NCBI GenBank assembly: GCA_001931535.1
Contig: CP016211.1
Span: 4,247,573-4,311,572, forward strand
DNA from: Minicystis rosea
Lineage (GTDB): Bacteria; Myxococcota_A; Polyangia; Polyangiales; Polyangiaceae
DNA length: 64,000 bases
Direction of reading: 5' to 3'
Both the position numbers and the translations under genes were made by a program. The notes beneath the pieces are model-generated. The model did not search any database. It was given only the letters and a program-made list of their open reading frames with translations, and was not told where the DNA came from. Of the stretch, positions 34,343 to 44,521 are shown piece by piece (position 1 is the stretch's first letter; the number at the start of each line of letters is the position of its first letter).

Positions 34343-37300
34343 TCAGGAGCGAAGGTCGGCGGACGAGAGGGAGCCGCCGGTGAGGACGAGCGTCTGGGCG
34401 TTCTCCGGGACGGCGGTGAGGAAGCGCTCGCGCCAAGCCGGGTCGCCGATGCGCGCGGCGCGCGCCAGGAGGCGGCGGCGCGCGAGGGTAGCAGCGCGGG
34501 AGAAGGCTTCGCGATCGCCCGACGCGGCGAGCGCTTCGACGTGAACGAGGCGGACGAGGGCTTCACCGTCTTCGATGGAGCCGAGCTCGTCGACGATGGC
34601 GAGCGCTTCGCGCGCGAGGACGAGCGCTTCGGCGGCGCGACCTTGGCGGAGGACGGCGCGCGCATGCAACGCCAAGGCAGGCGCACGAAGAGGCGGCGTG
34701 GTGCGGAGCAGATCGGTCGCGGCCGCGGCCTCGCGTTCGGCGCGGGCCGGATCGGCGGCGGAGAGCGCGATCTCGGCGAGGTAGCTGCGCGCGGCACCTT
34801 CGTGGCGCGGGTCCCCGAGGCGGCGGAAAGCGTCGGCGGCGCGCAGCTCGAGCTGCTCGGCTTCCTCCAAGCGGCCGAGGTGCGCGAGCGTGCGGCCGAG
34901 GTTCTGCGCGGCGGCGCTGGCGACGTCGACGAGGCCCATGCGCTCCGCGGCGGCGAGGGCGGCGCGCAGGGCGTCCTCGGCGCTGTCGAAGTCGCCGAGC
35001 TGCGCGAAGTTGCAGCCGAGGTTGGAGCGGACGGCGCAGGCGTTGCGACGATCGCCGGCGCTCTCCAGCGAGGCGAGCGAGGCTTCGAAGCGCGCGAGGC
35101 TCTCGCCCGGATCACCGGCGAGGCAGGCGCGAATGGCGGCGAGCTGCTCGAGCGCGGCGGCGACGGGCGCTTCGAGCATCGAGGGATCGGGCGCGACTTT
35201 GCGGAGGCGATCGATCATCCCATCGGCGGCGGCGTAGCGGCCGGCCATGACGAGGACGGTGGCGCACTCGCAGAGGCAGACGAGCTGCGCGCTGGCGGCA
35301 CCGCGGGCCGGCGCGGTGCGCGCGACGAGGGACATGCGATCCTCGACGCGATCGTAGCCGGCGAGGCGCCCGGCCGCGACCACGCTGAAGCCCACGGCGC
35401 GGAACCACGCGGCGGTGCCGATCGGTAAGAGCGCGGTGGCACCGGCGGCGCTCGCCTCCGCCTCCGCGAGCGCGCCGCGCCAGAGATGCGCTTCGGCTTG
35501 GATCAAGCGGAGGTAGCCGAGCTCTTCGCCTTCGGCGCCGCAGTCGACGCCGAAGGCGGCGCGCTCGACGGCGACGGTGAGATCGTCGGCTTCGAGGGCG
35601 AGCTCGGCCGCGCGACGGAACCAGCGGGCCGCGCGAGCTGGATCGGCGCCGCGACGGAAGTGCTCTGCGAGCGTCATGGCGTCCGCGTGCGCGTTGCGCT
35701 CGAGCCACTCGCCCGCGAGCATGTGGCCGAGCGCGCGATCCGGGCCGGTGAGCGTGGCGTAGGCGGCCTCGCGGACGAGGGCGTGCGCGAAGACGTAGAC
35801 CGCGTCGCCGGTGGGATCGGAGGCGCTCACCGGGATGACGATCTCGCGCGCGGCGAGCGCGTCGAGGGACGCGGCGACCTCGGCCTCGGATCGGCCGGGG
35901 ACCATGGCGAGGATGCCGCCGCGCGTGAAGCGTCGACCGAAGACGCTGGCCGCGCGCAGGACCCGCTTGGCCTCAGGGCCTTCGGCGTCGAGGCGCGCTT
36001 CGACGGTGCCGAGCACCGAGTCGGGCAGCGTCGCCTCGCGGCCCGCGGCGACGGCGCGCACCAGCTCTTCGAGGTAGAAAGGGTTGCCGTCGGCGCGATC
36101 GAGGACGCGGGCCACCACCTTCGCGTCAGCCTCGGCGCCGAGCGCGGTGCACACGAGCTGCTCGGAGGCCCGGCGTGGAAGCGGGCCCAACCGGATGAGC
36201 TGCACGTCGCGCTCGGCCCAGAGATCCGGGAAGCGATCGTGGATCTCGGGGCGCGCCAGCGCGAAGAACATGAGCGGCAGATCGCGGAGGTTGCGCAGCG
36301 TCGAGTCGACGAGGCGCATCGATGCGGCGTCGCTCCACTGGAGGTTGTCGAGGATCACGAGGACGGGCTGAGCGGCGCACTCCGCGGCGAGCCACTCCTC
36401 CCACGCGGCGCGCATGCCGTCGCCCATCAAGCGCGCGCTCTCGCGGGCCGCGCGGATGGCGCCGTCGCCGCCGTCCGGAAAGGGCGTGCCCGCGAGCTCG
36501 CCGAGGAACGCCGACGCGCGCGCCGCGACGGCGCGATCGAGGTGGCGCGCGACGCGGGCGCGCAGCTTGGCCTGACGGGCGGCGAGCGGCTCGCCGTCGA
36601 GGATGCCCGCGGCGCGGCGGACCAGATCGGCGATGATCGCGAAGGCCGAGCCGGCGCCGAGGCCTTCGCACGATCCGATGAGCACCTCCACGCGCTCGCT
36701 GCGCCGGCGCAGCGAGGTGAGGAGCTCGTGGCGGAGGCGGGTCTTGCCCATGCCCGCGTCGCCCACGACGAGGATGGCGCTCGCCGCCGGCTCGGAGACG
36801 CATCCATTGAAGATGCCCTCGAGCATCGCGAGCTCTCTCGCGCGGCCGATGCAGGGCATGGTGCGGCCGAGGAGAAGCGGCACGCCGTCGAACGCAGCGC
36901 GCTCGGGTTGGATGAAGCCGCCGGGGCCTTGTCGATCGACGCGGATGCGCCCCCCGATGAGCTCGGCGGTGGCCTCGTCGACATAGGCGCCCGTGGTGCG
37001 ACCGGCGCCGAGGGAGAGCACGGCGCGCTCGATCAAATCGCCGTCCACCACCTGCGCGGACACCTCGCCGCGGCCGCTGATCACGCACACGGGGAGCCCG
37101 CCGAAGCGCTCCTTGATGGCGAGGGCGCAGCGCGCGGCGCGCTCGGCGCGATCCACCGCGCTGCCCTCGCCCCACTGCGTGACGAGGAGCGAGCCACCGG
37201 CGAGCGCCATGGCCCGACCACCATGCGGCTCGACCGCGGCCTTGATGGCCGCGAGGCTCGGACGCCGGCGGCGGGCGGTGTCGTCGTCGACGCTGGGATC

Positions 37301-38239
37301 ACCGGCGAGGACGAGCGTCACGAGGCGCTGCTCGGAGAGCGTGAGCGAGGGCAAGGCCGCCGGCGGCGTGGAGACCGTGGCCGTGGGCGCGCCCAATCCA
37401 CGCACGAGATCGAGCGACTCCAACCGATCGAGCTCGGTGAGCACGGCCGCGGCATCGGATGGACGCGCGGCCGGATCGCGCGCCATCATGCGGGCCACGA
37501 GATCGTCGATCGGCTCGGGGATCGAAGGGCGGAGGATACGCAGGCGCGGCACCTCCTGCAGGAGGATCTTGGCCAGCATCGCCATGACCGTCGTCCCCTC
37601 GAACGCGGGGCGACCGGCGAGGCACTCGAAGAGGACGCATCCGAGCGAGAACAGATCCGCGCGCGGATCGTGCGCGGGCGCGCCCAGGATCTGCTCCGGC
37701 GCGATGTAGCCCGGGGTGCCGAGGAGCGCGCCGGTGCTGGTGAGGCGCTTGCCGTTCTCGCGACCGAGGCGGGCGATGCCGAAGTCGACGATCTTCACCC
37801 GCGCCACGTCGCCGCCGACGAGAAACAAGTTGCTCGGCTTGAGATCGCGGTGCACGAGGCCGCGCGCGTGCGCGAAGGCGAGCGCGTCGAGAGCGCGGCG
37901 GGCCAGCGTCAGCGTCTCGGCCGCGGTGAGCCCGCGGCGCAGCAAGCGAGCCGCGAGGTCCTCCCCGTCGAGCCATTCCATGGCCAGGTAGTGCTCGCCG
38001 GCGGCGGTGACGCCGTGGGCCACGTGCCGCACGATCCCCGGGTGGGAGAGGCCGGCGAGGATGTCGCCCTCGCGCGCGAAGCGCTCGACGTCGTGCGCAT
38101 CCTCTTCGCGGAGGATCTTCACCGCGACCCAGCCCCCGCCGACGCGGTCGCGCGCGCGGAACACGGTGCCCATCGCGCCTGCACCCGCTCTGCGCAAGGC
38201 CTCGAAGCGCTCCTCGAACACCACCGCAGTGACCACCAA
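34343..38239 (-). CDS. Ser/Thr protein kinase fused to a cyclase-like segment, a P-loop NTPase (AAA/STAND) domain and C-terminal TPR repeats (1298 aa).
   Basis: The glycine loop reads GAGAMGTVF, with VAVK, HRDLKPSNLF, DFGIAR and APEQ. The P-loop reads GDAGMGKTRL. A long helical/TPR C-terminus ends ...RERFLTAVPENAQTLVL. The overlapping 2009-aa plus-strand ORF is antisense junk. Confidence 0.85.
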   Translation of the reverse strand: MVVTAVVFEERFEALRRAGAGAMGTVFRARDRVGGGWVAVKILREEDAHDVERFAREGDILAGLSHPGIVRHVAHGVTAAGEHYLAMEWLDGEDLAARLLRRGLTAAETLTLARRALDALAFAHARGLVHRDLKPSNLFLVGGDVARVKIVDFGIARLGRENGKRLTSTGALLGTPGYIAPEQILGAPAHDPRADLFSLGCVLFECLAGRPAFEGTTVMAMLAKILLQEVPRLRILRPSIPEPIDDLVARMMARDPAARPSDAAAVLTELDRLESLDLVRGLGAPTATVSTPPAALPSLTLSEQRLVTLVLAGDPSVDDDTARRRRPSLAAIKAAVEPHGGRAMALAGGSLLVTQWGEGSAVDRAERAARCALAIKERFGGLPVCVISGRGEVSAQVVDGDLIERAVLSLGAGRTTGAYVDEATAELIGGRIRVDRQGPGGFIQPERAAFDGVPLLLGRTMPCIGRARELAMLEGIFNGCVSEPAASAILVVGDAGMGKTRLRHELLTSLRRRSERVEVLIGSCEGLGAGSAFAIIADLVRRAAGILDGEPLAARQAKLRARVARHLDRAVAARASAFLGELAGTPFPDGGDGAIRAARESARLMGDGMRAAWEEWLAAECAAQPVLVILDNLQWSDAASMRLVDSTLRNLRDLPLMFFALARPEIHDRFPDLWAERDVQLIRLGPLPRRASEQLVCTALGAEADAKVVARVLDRADGNPFYLEELVRAVAAGREATLPDSVLGTVEARLDAEGPEAKRVLRAASVFGRRFTRGGILAMVPGRSEAEVAASLDALAAREIVIPVSASDPTGDAVYVFAHALVREAAYATLTGPDRALGHMLAGEWLERNAHADAMTLAEHFRRGADPARAARWFRRAAELALEADDLTVAVERAAFGVDCGAEGEELGYLRLIQAEAHLWRGALAEAEASAAGATALLPIGTAAWFRAVGFSVVAAGRLAGYDRVEDRMSLVARTAPARGAASAQLVCLCECATVLVMAGRYAAADGMIDRLRKVAPDPSMLEAPVAAALEQLAAIRACLAGDPGESLARFEASLASLESAGDRRNACAVRSNLGCNFAQLGDFDSAEDALRAALAAAERMGLVDVASAAAQNLGRTLAHLGRLEEAEQLELRAADAFRRLGDPRHEGAARSYLAEIALSAADPARAEREAAAATDLLRTTPPLRAPALALHARAVLRQGRAAEALVLAREALAIVDELGSIEDGEALVRLVHVEALAASGDREAFSRAATLARRRLLARAARIGDPAWRERFLTAVPENAQTLVLTGGSLSSADLRS

Positions 38240-38389
38240 CGCTCACGTGTACCGGAGATCCGCGGGCGCCGGGAGCGGAAAGTGGCTGCCCTCGCATCGA
38301 GATGCGAGCGCCCGATGTCTCACCTGCGGCGGCTCCCGCTGCCCTCGCCCGCGCCGCGCGCCGGAGACCGCGGCTTCGAGCGCTGGATC

Positions 38390-40522
38390 TCAGCGTTTCT
38401 GTGCGGCCGCCCAGAACGTCGCCACGTCCTCGAGGCGGTCGGTCCGGCGCGCGGGCGGCAGCACCGACATCATCGTCGTGCCGTAACCACGGGTCCGGAT
38501 GCGCCGATCGAGGATGGCCACGATCCCGCGATCGCTGCGCGCCCGGATCAACCGGCCGAACCCCTGCTTCAGCGTGATCGCTGCCTCGGGCACGCTGTAG
38601 CTGACGAACGGGTTGCCTCCGGATTCCTCGATGGCCCGGCAGCGCGCCGCCACGACCGGGTCCGTCGGCACGGCGAAGGGCAGCTTGTCGATCACCACCA
38701 AGCGGAGCGCGTCGCCCGGCACGTCGACCCCTTCCCAAAAGCTCATGGTGGCGATGAGGACGCCGTCTCCCGAGGCCCGGAAGCGCCGCACCAACATCAG
38801 CTTGGGCGCGTCGCCCTGAACCAACGCCGGCCGCGGCGTGCGACCGCGCAGCGCCGCCGCGAAGGCATGCATGGCCCGCACGGACGTGCACAGCACGAAG
38901 GCGCCTCCGCCGGTGATGGCCACGAGCTCGGCGATGCGATCGGCGGCGCGCTCGACGAAGGCAGGATCGTTCACCTCCGGAAGATCGCGCGGGGTGTAGA
39001 GGAGGGCCGCGCTCTTGTAGTCGAAGGGAGACGGCACCTCGAGCTCGTCGATGGGCACCGTCGTCGTCTCCACGAGGCCCATGCGCGATCGCAGGAAGCG
39101 GAACGGGCTGCCCCCGGAGGCGCTGGCGGCGGAGGTGGTGAGCGTCGCGCTGGTGAGCACCACCGCGCCGATGGGCTCGATCACGCGCTCGCGGAAGAGG
39201 CTCCCCACGTGGATCGGCGACGCTCCCACCGAGATCGATCGAGGCCTTACCTCGAGCCACGTCACTTGGTTCTGTGTGATGTCGACGATGCGCGCCGCGT
39301 CGGCGCGGAGCTGCGTGGCCCGCTGCGCGATCATGCGCACGCCCTCGTCCTTGCCCATCGCCTGCGCGTAGTTGGCGAGCGCCTCGAGGACTTCGTCGAA
39401 CGTGTGGTACGCGTCGGCAACCTCACCCGTCCACGCCTCCGGACCGAGCGTGATGCGCCCCTCCGGGCGGCCGACCTCGCCGTTCGCCGTCACGAGCTTC
39501 GCGAGCGCGTCGAAGAAGGCCTCGGCGGCCTCTTGCACGATAGCGGTGAGCGCCGTCCCCTCCCCCTTCGCGCGCACCGGATCGGCGAGGCCCGCGGCCA
39601 CGAATGCGCGATCCGCGTCGCGCAAGAGCGACTCCAAGCGAGCCCGCGAGAGGCGCACGCCGAAGAAGTCCGTGGCCACGCTCTCCAGCTCGTGGGCCTC
39701 GTCGAAGATGACCGCGTCGTACGGCGGCAACGCGCCGGCGCCGCCGAAGCCGCGGCCCTCGGCGGCCATCTTCACCGAGAGATCGGCGAAGAAGAGGTGA
39801 TGGTTGACGATGATGAGGCGGGCCTCTTCGAGATCGCGCTTCATGCGCGTCACGAAGCAGCGATCGTAGAAGGCGCAGTTCTGACCGACGCGCGTCTCGC
39901 TCGAAGAGCAGACCTCGCGCCAGATGGGATCGCCCTCCGGCAGCGAGACGAGCTCGGCCATGTCGCCCGTCTCCGTGTCCTCGGCCCACGCTTCGAGCAG
40001 CGGCAGCGAGCGCCGCACGTTGGCATCGGCGAGCGCGTTCGCGCTCTTCCTGAGCTCGTCGTAGCGCCGCAGGCACAGGTAGTTGCCGAGCCCCTTGCCC
40101 AGCGCAGCCTGCGGATCGAGGCCCAGATGCTCGGCGATGAGCGGGATGTCCTTGGTGATGATCTGCTCTTGCAGCGCCTTGGTCGCGGTGGAGACGACCA
40201 CCTTCTTCCCGCTCAGGATGGCCGGCACCAAGTACGCGAGCGTCTTGCCCGTGCCCGTGCCCGCCTCGCAGAGCAGCGTGCGATCGTGCGCGAGCGCGCG
40301 CTCGACCGCGTCGGCCATGGCGAGCTGGCCCTCGCGCTCTTCGTAGCCGGGGAAGGCCTTCGACAGCGGACCGGCAGGCCCGAGCAGGCGCCGCGAAGCG
40401 CCCATGAGAACGGGCCCAGCGCCGGCGCGCGACGATCCCCGCGGTGCCTCGTCCGCCTCCATGCCGCGAGGCTTAGCAGCTCGGTGAGCGTCTGGTGCGC
40501 GCTCCCAATCGTCGGTCGCCAT
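38390..40522 (-). CDS. dinG: DinG-family (Rad3-related) ATP-dependent DNA helicase with an Fe-S cluster; start codon uncertain.
   Basis: The Walker A reads CEAGTGTGKTLAYL. The four-Cys Fe-S module reads CSSSETRVGQNCAFYDRC. The DEAH box reads VIFDEAHELE, and the C-terminal motifs are present. Candidate starts lie at 40522, 40462 and 40405, none with a good SD. Confidence 0.85.
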   Translation of the reverse strand: MATDDWERAPDAHRAAKPRGMEADEAPRGSSRAGAGPVLMGASRRLLGPAGPLSKAFPGYEEREGQLAMADAVERALAHDRTLLCEAGTGTGKTLAYLVPAILSGKKVVVSTATKALQEQIITKDIPLIAEHLGLDPQAALGKGLGNYLCLRRYDELRKSANALADANVRRSLPLLEAWAEDTETGDMAELVSLPEGDPIWREVCSSSETRVGQNCAFYDRCFVTRMKRDLEEARLIIVNHHLFFADLSVKMAAEGRGFGGAGALPPYDAVIFDEAHELESVATDFFGVRLSRARLESLLRDADRAFVAAGLADPVRAKGEGTALTAIVQEAAEAFFDALAKLVTANGEVGRPEGRITLGPEAWTGEVADAYHTFDEVLEALANYAQAMGKDEGVRMIAQRATQLRADAARIVDITQNQVTWLEVRPRSISVGASPIHVGSLFRERVIEPIGAVVLTSATLTTSAASASGGSPFRFLRSRMGLVETTTVPIDELEVPSPFDYKSAALLYTPRDLPEVNDPAFVERAADRIAELVAITGGGAFVLCTSVRAMHAFAAALRGRTPRPALVQGDAPKLMLVRRFRASGDGVLIATMSFWEGVDVPGDALRLVVIDKLPFAVPTDPVVAARCRAIEESGGNPFVSYSVPEAAITLKQGFGRLIRARSDRGIVAILDRRIRTRGYGTTMMSVLPPARRTDRLEDVATFWAAAQKR

Positions 40523-40570
40523 TCCTCGACATCACCGACGATTTCGTGGCAGTCCGCGCGGCGCGAACCG

Positions 40571-41044
40571 TCAGCGCGCCGCGCCGGGCTCGCCCACCGG
40601 CGTGCCGTCGACCGTCGGCGGCGCCGCCTTCTCGATGGACAGGGCGAAGCGCGCCTCGGTGACGGCGGCCTCGAGATCGGCCACGGCCTTCTCGAACGAG
40701 ACCTCGCACCACGTGTCGAGCGTGCGCTGCCCATCGCCGGGATCGACCACGCGGCGGACCTCGGCCGAGGCCTCCTCGTAGCCGCGATCGACGGCGGGCG
40801 CCGCGAGACGGCGGGCACGCTCGAAGAGATGCGCTTCCCCTTCGTTGGGGAAATCGTTGTGCTGGGCGCGCACGACGAAGCCCACCCGCGTGGCCGGCGG
40901 CTCGCCGGCGCGGATGAAGATCTGCGCATCCATCAGCAGGTTTTCGCGCACCCGATCCGCGAGGTGCACCGTGTTCCCTCGCGTCTGGTAGATCTCGAGC
41001 CCAGCTTCACGCAGGGCCTTCTTGATTTCTGCAGGCGTCGGCAT
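40571..41044 (-). CDS. Hypothetical protein (157 aa).
   Basis: It is a clean ORF with normal composition downstream of the PilZ gene on the same strand. I recognise no family. Confidence 0.5.
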   Translation of the reverse strand: MPTPAEIKKALREAGLEIYQTRGNTVHLADRVRENLLMDAQIFIRAGEPPATRVGFVVRAQHNDFPNEGEAHLFERARRLAAPAVDRGYEEASAEVRRVVDPGDGQRTLDTWCEVSFEKAVADLEAAVTEARFALSIEKAAPPTVDGTPVGEPGAAR

Positions 41045-41130
41045 CGACCGTGTCCGCGTGCCGGATGGGCCGGCGCATGCACTTTTCGCAAATTCCTGCG
41101 GTCCCCGTCAAGCAGAGGGACCGGGCGCCG

Positions 41131-41634
41131 TCACGGTTCTCCGTCGCGGGAGCTCTCCGCCGGCGCTTCGAGGGCCTGTTTCAGCTCCTCGGGGGTCAGG
41201 TCGAGCTGCCTCGCCAGCGCGGCCGGGGAGATCTCGATCGACGAATCCAGCTCCACGCCGGGCGGCGCCGCATGGAGCCGCTCGAGGAACTCCACGCCGA
41301 CGATCATCCCGTCCGGCTCCTCCTGCGTCCACACGATGCGCCCGCGGTGGCGGAGCCCCTCCTCCGCGATGTCGACGTCGAGCTCCTCGCCGAGGTCGAC
41401 GCGATCCTCGACGATCGCGCGCAGGCCGCCGCGGCTGATGTTCAACGCCCAGCCGGGCAGCTCGAGCGGGCTCCCATCCGCGCCCGCCGGATCGCGGAAG
41501 AACGAGACGCGATAACTGACGTTGCGCCGCGCTCCACCGGTGGCACGGCGCGTCGGCGGCAGGCCCGGGACCGGGATCCCGATCGGTGGCGTGAGGTTAC
41601 GACGGTTCACGAGGGTAACGTGTAGGATACACAC
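41131..41634 (-). CDS. PilZ domain protein (c-di-GMP binding); true start possibly internal.
   Basis: The RRxxxR motif reads ARRNVSYRV and the (D/N)xSxxG motif reads ALNISRGGLRAIV. The first 30 codons from the track Met look non-coding. Confidence 0.6.
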   Translation of the reverse strand: MCILHVTLVNRRNLTPPIGIPVPGLPPTRRATGGARRNVSYRVSFFRDPAGADGSPLELPGWALNISRGGLRAIVEDRVDLGEELDVDIAEEGLRHRGRIVWTQEEPDGMIVGVEFLERLHAAPPGVELDSSIEISPAALARQLDLTPEELKQALEAPAESSRDGEP

Positions 41635-41918
41635 GGCTCCGCACTGCTGGCGAGGCTGAACGCCGGGCGCCCAGAGACACGACGTTCAGGATCCATCGAA
41701 AGACGAAGCCTCATCCATCGAGAGGCCGAATGCCACGCGCCTCACCGATCCACCGCGAGGAGAGCGCGATCGAGCCTCGAAATCCCCTGCAGATCGATGC
41801 AGCGTGCGACGAAGGTCGAAGGAAGCCGGCGCGTAACCGAGGAGGTCGACGTGAGGCCGGGAGCGGCGCGGGCGGTTCGAGGTTGGGGAGATGGGAAAGA
41901 GCGGCTCTTTCCCGAAGC

Positions 41919-42440
41919 TCAGTGCGAGGGGCCGGTCGGGTGCTCGCTGCCGTCGCCGGGCTCGTTGTAGATGACGGCCGGCTCGAGGATGCTGAGCTGC
42001 TCGCGCTTGATGCCGACGCCCTTGTCCGAGAAGAAGAGGTCGTTCTCGCTGAGCGTGGGGCGCACGCGGGCGATGAAGAGGATGGCGTCGGCGCTGCGGG
42101 TGTAGCCGAGCTGCACGATCGAGCCCTTGGGCCAGGAGCCGCCGTCGAAGGTGAGCTCGCGGCGGAGCGTGTAGAAGCCTTGGTCCGGCATCTTCTCGAG
42201 CGACTCGACCCAGCTCGGGCTGCGGATGTCGTTGATCGCCGTCTCGACGTGGAAGTGCCAGCGGTTGTGGACGTTGTGATCCGGCGGGATCACGCTCGGC
42301 AGCGGCCGCCCGCTGTCCGTCGCGTGGTGATTGTGGAAGTAGACCAGGGTGCCGGCCGGCACCGCCGCCTCGTTGCCAGGGAGCGCCTTGGTCGCCCGGT
42401 AGAGGCCGCAATCGCGCGTTTGATTCTTGGGGGTCGCCAT
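41919..42440 (-). CDS. Hypothetical protein (173 aa) rich in His/Trp motifs.
   Basis: From the internal Met, MATPKNQTRDCGLYRATKALPG...YFHNHHATD...DHNVHNRWHFHVE has normal composition. The upstream 59 track codons are Arg/Pro-rich. Confidence 0.5.
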   Translation of the reverse strand: MATPKNQTRDCGLYRATKALPGNEAAVPAGTLVYFHNHHATDSGRPLPSVIPPDHNVHNRWHFHVETAINDIRSPSWVESLEKMPDQGFYTLRRELTFDGGSWPKGSIVQLGYTRSADAILFIARVRPTLSENDLFFSDKGVGIKREQLSILEPAVIYNEPGDGSEHPTGPSH

Positions 42441-42712
42441 GAGTCCGCCCGACCTAACGCCGCCGGGCGTCGCAGTAAAGGTAGGCCGAACGAATTTGGC
42501 GCGGCCGGTCGAAGCCCCCAAGCGCGGCGAAAGCGGGCAGATGGTCGCGCGCGTGGGAGGCACGACAGACGAGGCGCGGGCCGGGTGGCGGAGATTTTCG
42601 TCACGCCCCACGTCCACGCGGGCATCCGACTGGACGCGTTCGCTTGGCCGACGCGAAACGTGTGTGTGTGGTCGGGGCCGTCTCGTGCTATGCCGGCCGC
42701 GCTGGAGCGCCC

Positions 42713-44515
42713 GTGAACAAACTCACCTCCGTCCTCGGTGCCGCCGCCGTCATTGCGATCGCGGTGGTTTTCATTCTCCAATTCCGACCCGCCAGCAACG
42801 CGGGCCGCAGCGACAGCGGTCCAACCTGCGCGGTCGAGGTGCACGGGAGCTGCGCCGTCACAGCGACGGAGTTCCAAGCAGCCTATCGGCTCGTCGCTTG
42901 GAACTTCGATCCGGGCCGGCTCAAGGCCATGGGCCTCCGGCGGCACGTCGCCGACGGCTTGCTCGAGCGCTGGCTGTTGACGCAGGACGCGAAGCGCCTC
43001 GGCATCAGCATCTCGGACGACGACCTCACCGCCGAGCTGGGTCACGGCCGCGCGCACGTCTCGCTCCCGGCCGCCGACATGAGCCCGACCGCGCCGCTCG
43101 GCCGCAACCTCGGCCTCGGGGACGACATGTTCCGCGTCCTCCCGGTCAAGAACCCGAAGACCAAGAAGTACGACCCCAAGGTCTACGACAAGCAGGTCCG
43201 CCAGATCACGCGCCTCTCGACGCCTGATTTCCGCGCCTACCAGCGCGAGGAGATCGTCGCGGCCCGCATGCGCGATCTCATCCGCGGCCGCGCGCGCATC
43301 GGCGAGAACGAGGCCTTCGAGCAGTACGCCCGCGACAAGTCGTCGGTGACGCTCGACTACGCGCGGTTCGATCGCCGCTTCTACGCGGACCTCGTCGTCG
43401 ATCAGTCCCCCAAGGCCATCGAGGCCTGGGCCGACGCGCACAAGGACGATCTCGACAAGGTGTGGGAGGCGCGCAAGGCGCAGATCCTCCCCGAGTGCCG
43501 CAGCGTGCGCGAGATCGTCTTCAAGCTCGACGGCACCACCGCGACCGACGAGGAGAAGGCCAAGGTCAAGGCTCGCATCGAGCGCGCCAAGGATCGTCTC
43601 GCCAAGGGTGAGGACTTCGCCGACGTGGCCCGCAGCATGAGCGATGGCACCACGGCGAACCGCGGCGGCGAGGTCGGCTGCCTCCTCAAGGGCAAGGCGC
43701 CGAAGCCGCTGGAGGACGCGGTGAACGCGCTCGCCGCCGGCAAGGTGAGCGACGTCGTCACCACGGAGCACGCGCTCTACCTGCTCAAGATCGACACCAT
43801 CGCCAAGGACGCGGACGCCGAGAAGCTCGGCCGCCTGCAGACGGCCCGCGAGCTGTACGTGACGCAGGAGGCCGATCGCCTGGCGCTCGAGGCGTCGAAG
43901 AAGGTGAGCGCCGCCGCCAAGGGCGGGAAGTCGCTCAAGGACGCGCTCGATCAGTACCTCGCCGAGCTCGCCAAGACGAAGGCGCCGGCCGAGGGCGAGA
44001 AGAAGAAGGACAAGAAGGCCGACGAGAAGAAGGCCGACAAGGGCGACAAGAAGGCTGACGAGAAGAAGGCCGACGAGAAGAAGGTCGACGAGGATCGCGA
44101 GCCGCTCACGATCGCGAACCACCCGAACCGGCCCACGCTCGAGACGACGATGCCCTTCAACATCGCGGGCGAGCCGATCACCGGCGTGCGCTCCAGCGCC
44201 GAGCTGACCAAGATCGCGTTCGGGCTGGAGAAGCCGGGCGATGCGGCGAGCGACGCCCTCGCGTTCGAGGATGGGTACCTCTCCATCGCGCTCAAGGAGA
44301 AGGCGCCGGCGTCGAAGGAGTCGTGGGAGAAGGAGCGCGAGTACTACGTCGCCAACATGCGCGCGTACAAGGCGAGCGACTCGCTCACCGCGTACGTGAA
44401 GCGCCTCCAGAGCACGCTCGCGAGCGACGCCAAGTACACGAAGGAGCTCGTCGAGGAGCCGAAGGGTCAAAGCTCCGAGTCGGGCCCGGCGCCCCTCGAG
44501 GACGACGGCGAGTAG
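42713..44515 (+). CDS. Periplasmic chaperone/peptidyl-prolyl isomerase of the PpiD/SurA family (N-terminal anchor, SurA-N-like domain, parvulin domain, Lys-rich linker).
   Basis: GTG start with GGAG 5 nt upstream. The TM segment reads LTSVLGAAAVIAIAVVFIL. The parvulin block reads GGEVGCLLKGKAPKPLEDAVNALAAGKVSDVVTTEHALYLLKI. A K/D/E-rich KKADEKKAD repeat follows. Confidence 0.8.
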   Translation: MNKLTSVLGAAAVIAIAVVFILQFRPASNAGRSDSGPTCAVEVHGSCAVTATEFQAAYRLVAWNFDPGRLKAMGLRRHVADGLLERWLLTQDAKRLGISISDDDLTAELGHGRAHVSLPAADMSPTAPLGRNLGLGDDMFRVLPVKNPKTKKYDPKVYDKQVRQITRLSTPDFRAYQREEIVAARMRDLIRGRARIGENEAFEQYARDKSSVTLDYARFDRRFYADLVVDQSPKAIEAWADAHKDDLDKVWEARKAQILPECRSVREIVFKLDGTTATDEEKAKVKARIERAKDRLAKGEDFADVARSMSDGTTANRGGEVGCLLKGKAPKPLEDAVNALAAGKVSDVVTTEHALYLLKIDTIAKDADAEKLGRLQTARELYVTQEADRLALEASKKVSAAAKGGKSLKDALDQYLAELAKTKAPAEGEKKKDKKADEKKADKGDKKADEKKADEKKVDEDREPLTIANHPNRPTLETTMPFNIAGEPITGVRSSAELTKIAFGLEKPGDAASDALAFEDGYLSIALKEKAPASKESWEKEREYYVANMRAYKASDSLTAYVKRLQSTLASDAKYTKELVEEPKGQSSESGPAPLEDDGE

Positions 44516-44521
44516 CCGCTG

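Noticed and set aside
35486-41515. A 2009-aa plus-strand ORF spanning 6 kb.
   Set aside because: It has extreme Arg/Gly/Ala/Glu composition and no motifs. It lies antisense to three well-supported minus-strand genes (the kinase/AAA/TPR gene, the DinG-family helicase and a hypothetical). It is a high-GC antisense artefact.
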